Below, piece after piece: positions 62,490 through 64,000 of a stretch of 64,000 bases of DNA; positions within the stretch are counted from its first letter, which is position 1, and every line of letters starts with the position of its first letter. The notes under the pieces are model-generated. The model ran no database searches, was not told where the DNA came from, and was given only the letters and a program-made list of their open reading frames with translations. Both the position numbers and the translations under genes were made by a program. Origin of the DNA: a virus (lineage: Duplodnaviria > Caudoviricetes); the IMG/VR virus record IMGVR_UViG_3300005546_000001, positions 66,978 to 130,977 of that record; one strand, 5' to 3'.

Positions 62490-64000
62490 TTTTATCCTCC
62501 GATATTAGCATAATGACTTCTCGGAAACAATCAGAAGAACTCAGAATCCCGGCAGGCCAGTGGTAACGAGCCACATGCCACTTGTTCACTTAAATGCTCA
62601 GTATGAGCGGGTTGCTAGCACTGCTCGGTACATTCAAGTACCCGGAGACGGAGTGCTGATTTGTTCGCGAACGGATTCATACCTGTTTCTTCTGATTGTT
62701 CCAAAAAGGTTTTGCGGTTTTTCAATAAGGTAGGGAACCGCGACCCAAAAGGCTATTTTCTGGTTTAGATGTAACAGGTGGGATTTCTCCGACAACTAGA
62801 TTAGCGAGGCAGTTGCTATAAAGAGCGAACATCAGTTCGTCGCCTTTCGGCTGCAACTTCGCGTGGTTGATCTAGATTGCCTGTCACCGCTATATAGCTA
62901 TAGCGTTGATTCGTGCTGAAGTACCAATTCAGCACATGCCCCTTACCCCCGCATCGTTTTGTAGTTTCATCATGGAATTGCTCCCATGTTCGATCCCGAC
63001 TGCTAGCGCAGTCGCCCGGTCAGGGAACAAAAGATTGCTAAATCCTTTGTCGGTTTAACTTCGGAGGGTTACGACTCGCCAAGCTCTCACCAAACTGGTA
63101 GTTTTAACAGCGAGTACCTCCGATACCGTCTTAACAGGGTAATCTCTTTTCGAGTACGCCGCGCACGTAAGGCAGCGCAACTAAAATAGTTGTCCTAAGA
63201 CTTGTCGTGCCAACGAAGTAAAGCAAACCAAAGTTTGCTAACCTCTTTCGATTCAACGAATAATTGGATTGAGGTCACAGGAGGAGTATTTTAGCCACGC
63301 TTCAGAATCTTGCGAACCCGGAAACGTCACAATTTGTGACACATCGGTCGGCGGATTCAACGCGGAAATAATGAACGCGCCACATGACGCAGTTCACCCA
63401 AAGCAGTATTCGCGCTAAATGCTGTCAATAATAGCAATGCGCTCTGTCAAAGCGGCTTACATGCTACACTCACTAGCCTTTTAGCCTTATCTATCTGCTA
63501 TCTGCGATGTTCTGTGAAGCCGCTAGGCTTCTGTGCGCAAGCTCACTGGCATTGATAAGCCGAATGAGCTTGACTGTTTAACCGGAGTAGCATGCGCCGA
63601 CCATTCCTGAACCGACGACTAGACTTCGCAAAGAGTCGTTGCTACCCGTAGCACAGAATATTCACAGCTAGGCTGTGTGCTATGCCAGCAATCCGCAACT
63701 AACTAGCCAGGGTATCAGTCACCCGATACCTGCGCCCGTATCACTACGACGCGCCCTTTGTAGTGCGGTTTGTTGCTTTGCCTATGTCACCATAGGCTAG
63801 GCACTCGAAAAGGCCAGCAATGAGCTTGTGAGGCTCACGGCTGGCCGGTTATTCGGTCGGTTGACCTACGTTAGACGGTCGGAGTTGTCGGACTCGCAAG
63901 CTCGCTGGCAGGGATCAGCGCAGGCTTCACAGCGTCTTTCTGTGCCTTTGTTGCGCCTTCCGGGAGTCCCGCGATAGCTGCTTGCCATTCCGCGCGGAAT
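62490..64000. other. ORF-free, helix-rich region; candidate large structured ncRNA(s)
   Basis: No ORF of 60 aa or more in any frame; many perfect stems, including long-range ones (62526-62539/62687-62700 and 63512-63521/63923-63932). Confidence 0.6.

Larger units (their letters stand above)
154..63190. repeat. Dispersed 11-bp quasi-palindrome ACTAWTTTAGT (either orientation), at least 28 exact copies
   Basis: Starts at 154, 4006, 4942, 6973, 9971, 11705, 12188, 12782, 15120, 17375, 17569, 19799, 22231, 25650, 27176, 28280, 29507, 31723, 36131, 37145, 40575, 44215, 46958, 52690, 53850, 59291, 59669, 63180. Confidence 0.92.

Noticed and set aside
62490-64000. Group II intron or intron-encoded ORF
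   Set aside because: No domain V consensus or RT/homing ORF was recognised and no interrupted gene is visible; a group I intron cannot be fully excluded by eye.
1-64000. Stop-codon reassignment or a diversity-generating retroelement
   Set aside because: Long conserved genes are intact in code 11 and end in TAA, TAG and TGA; no reverse transcriptase or TR/VR pair was seen.

Overview
This 64 kb window is a segment of a large tailed bacteriophage genome, probably from a diderm (Gram-negative-type) host. It is densely packed with small ORFs, essentially all on the minus strand, with standard genetic code and sigma70-type promoters. No capsid, terminase or integrase genes are present. Recognisable modules: (i) glycan genes (two glycosyltransferases, a cupin, GDP-mannose 4,6-dehydratase) plus a beta-barrel outer-membrane-type protein; (ii) nucleotide metabolism and replication/recombination (dNMP kinase, 5'-nucleotidase, beta-clamp, C5-MTase-like protein, primase, DnaB helicase, PD-(D/E)XK nuclease, divergent family-A polymerase, endonuclease VII, Rad52-like annealase, RNase H); (iii) RNA/translation-related genes (SpoU methylase, nucleotidyltransferase, release-factor domain with GGQ changed to GGG). 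The most notable features are: a complete phage ubiquitin-like conjugation operon (Ubl-E2-JAB-E1, 44883-48955); a self-contained unit of promoter, three covarying structured RNA repeats, a 582-aa TerD-like-domain gene and a terminator (52939-54989); an 11-bp quasi-palindrome ACTAWTTTAGT found 28 times by eye, inside and between genes; a family of truncated tRNA-like elements, one with alanine identity determinants; and a 1.5-kb ORF-free, helix-rich region at the right end that may be a large ncRNA. All calls come from motif reading by eye; no database searches were run.
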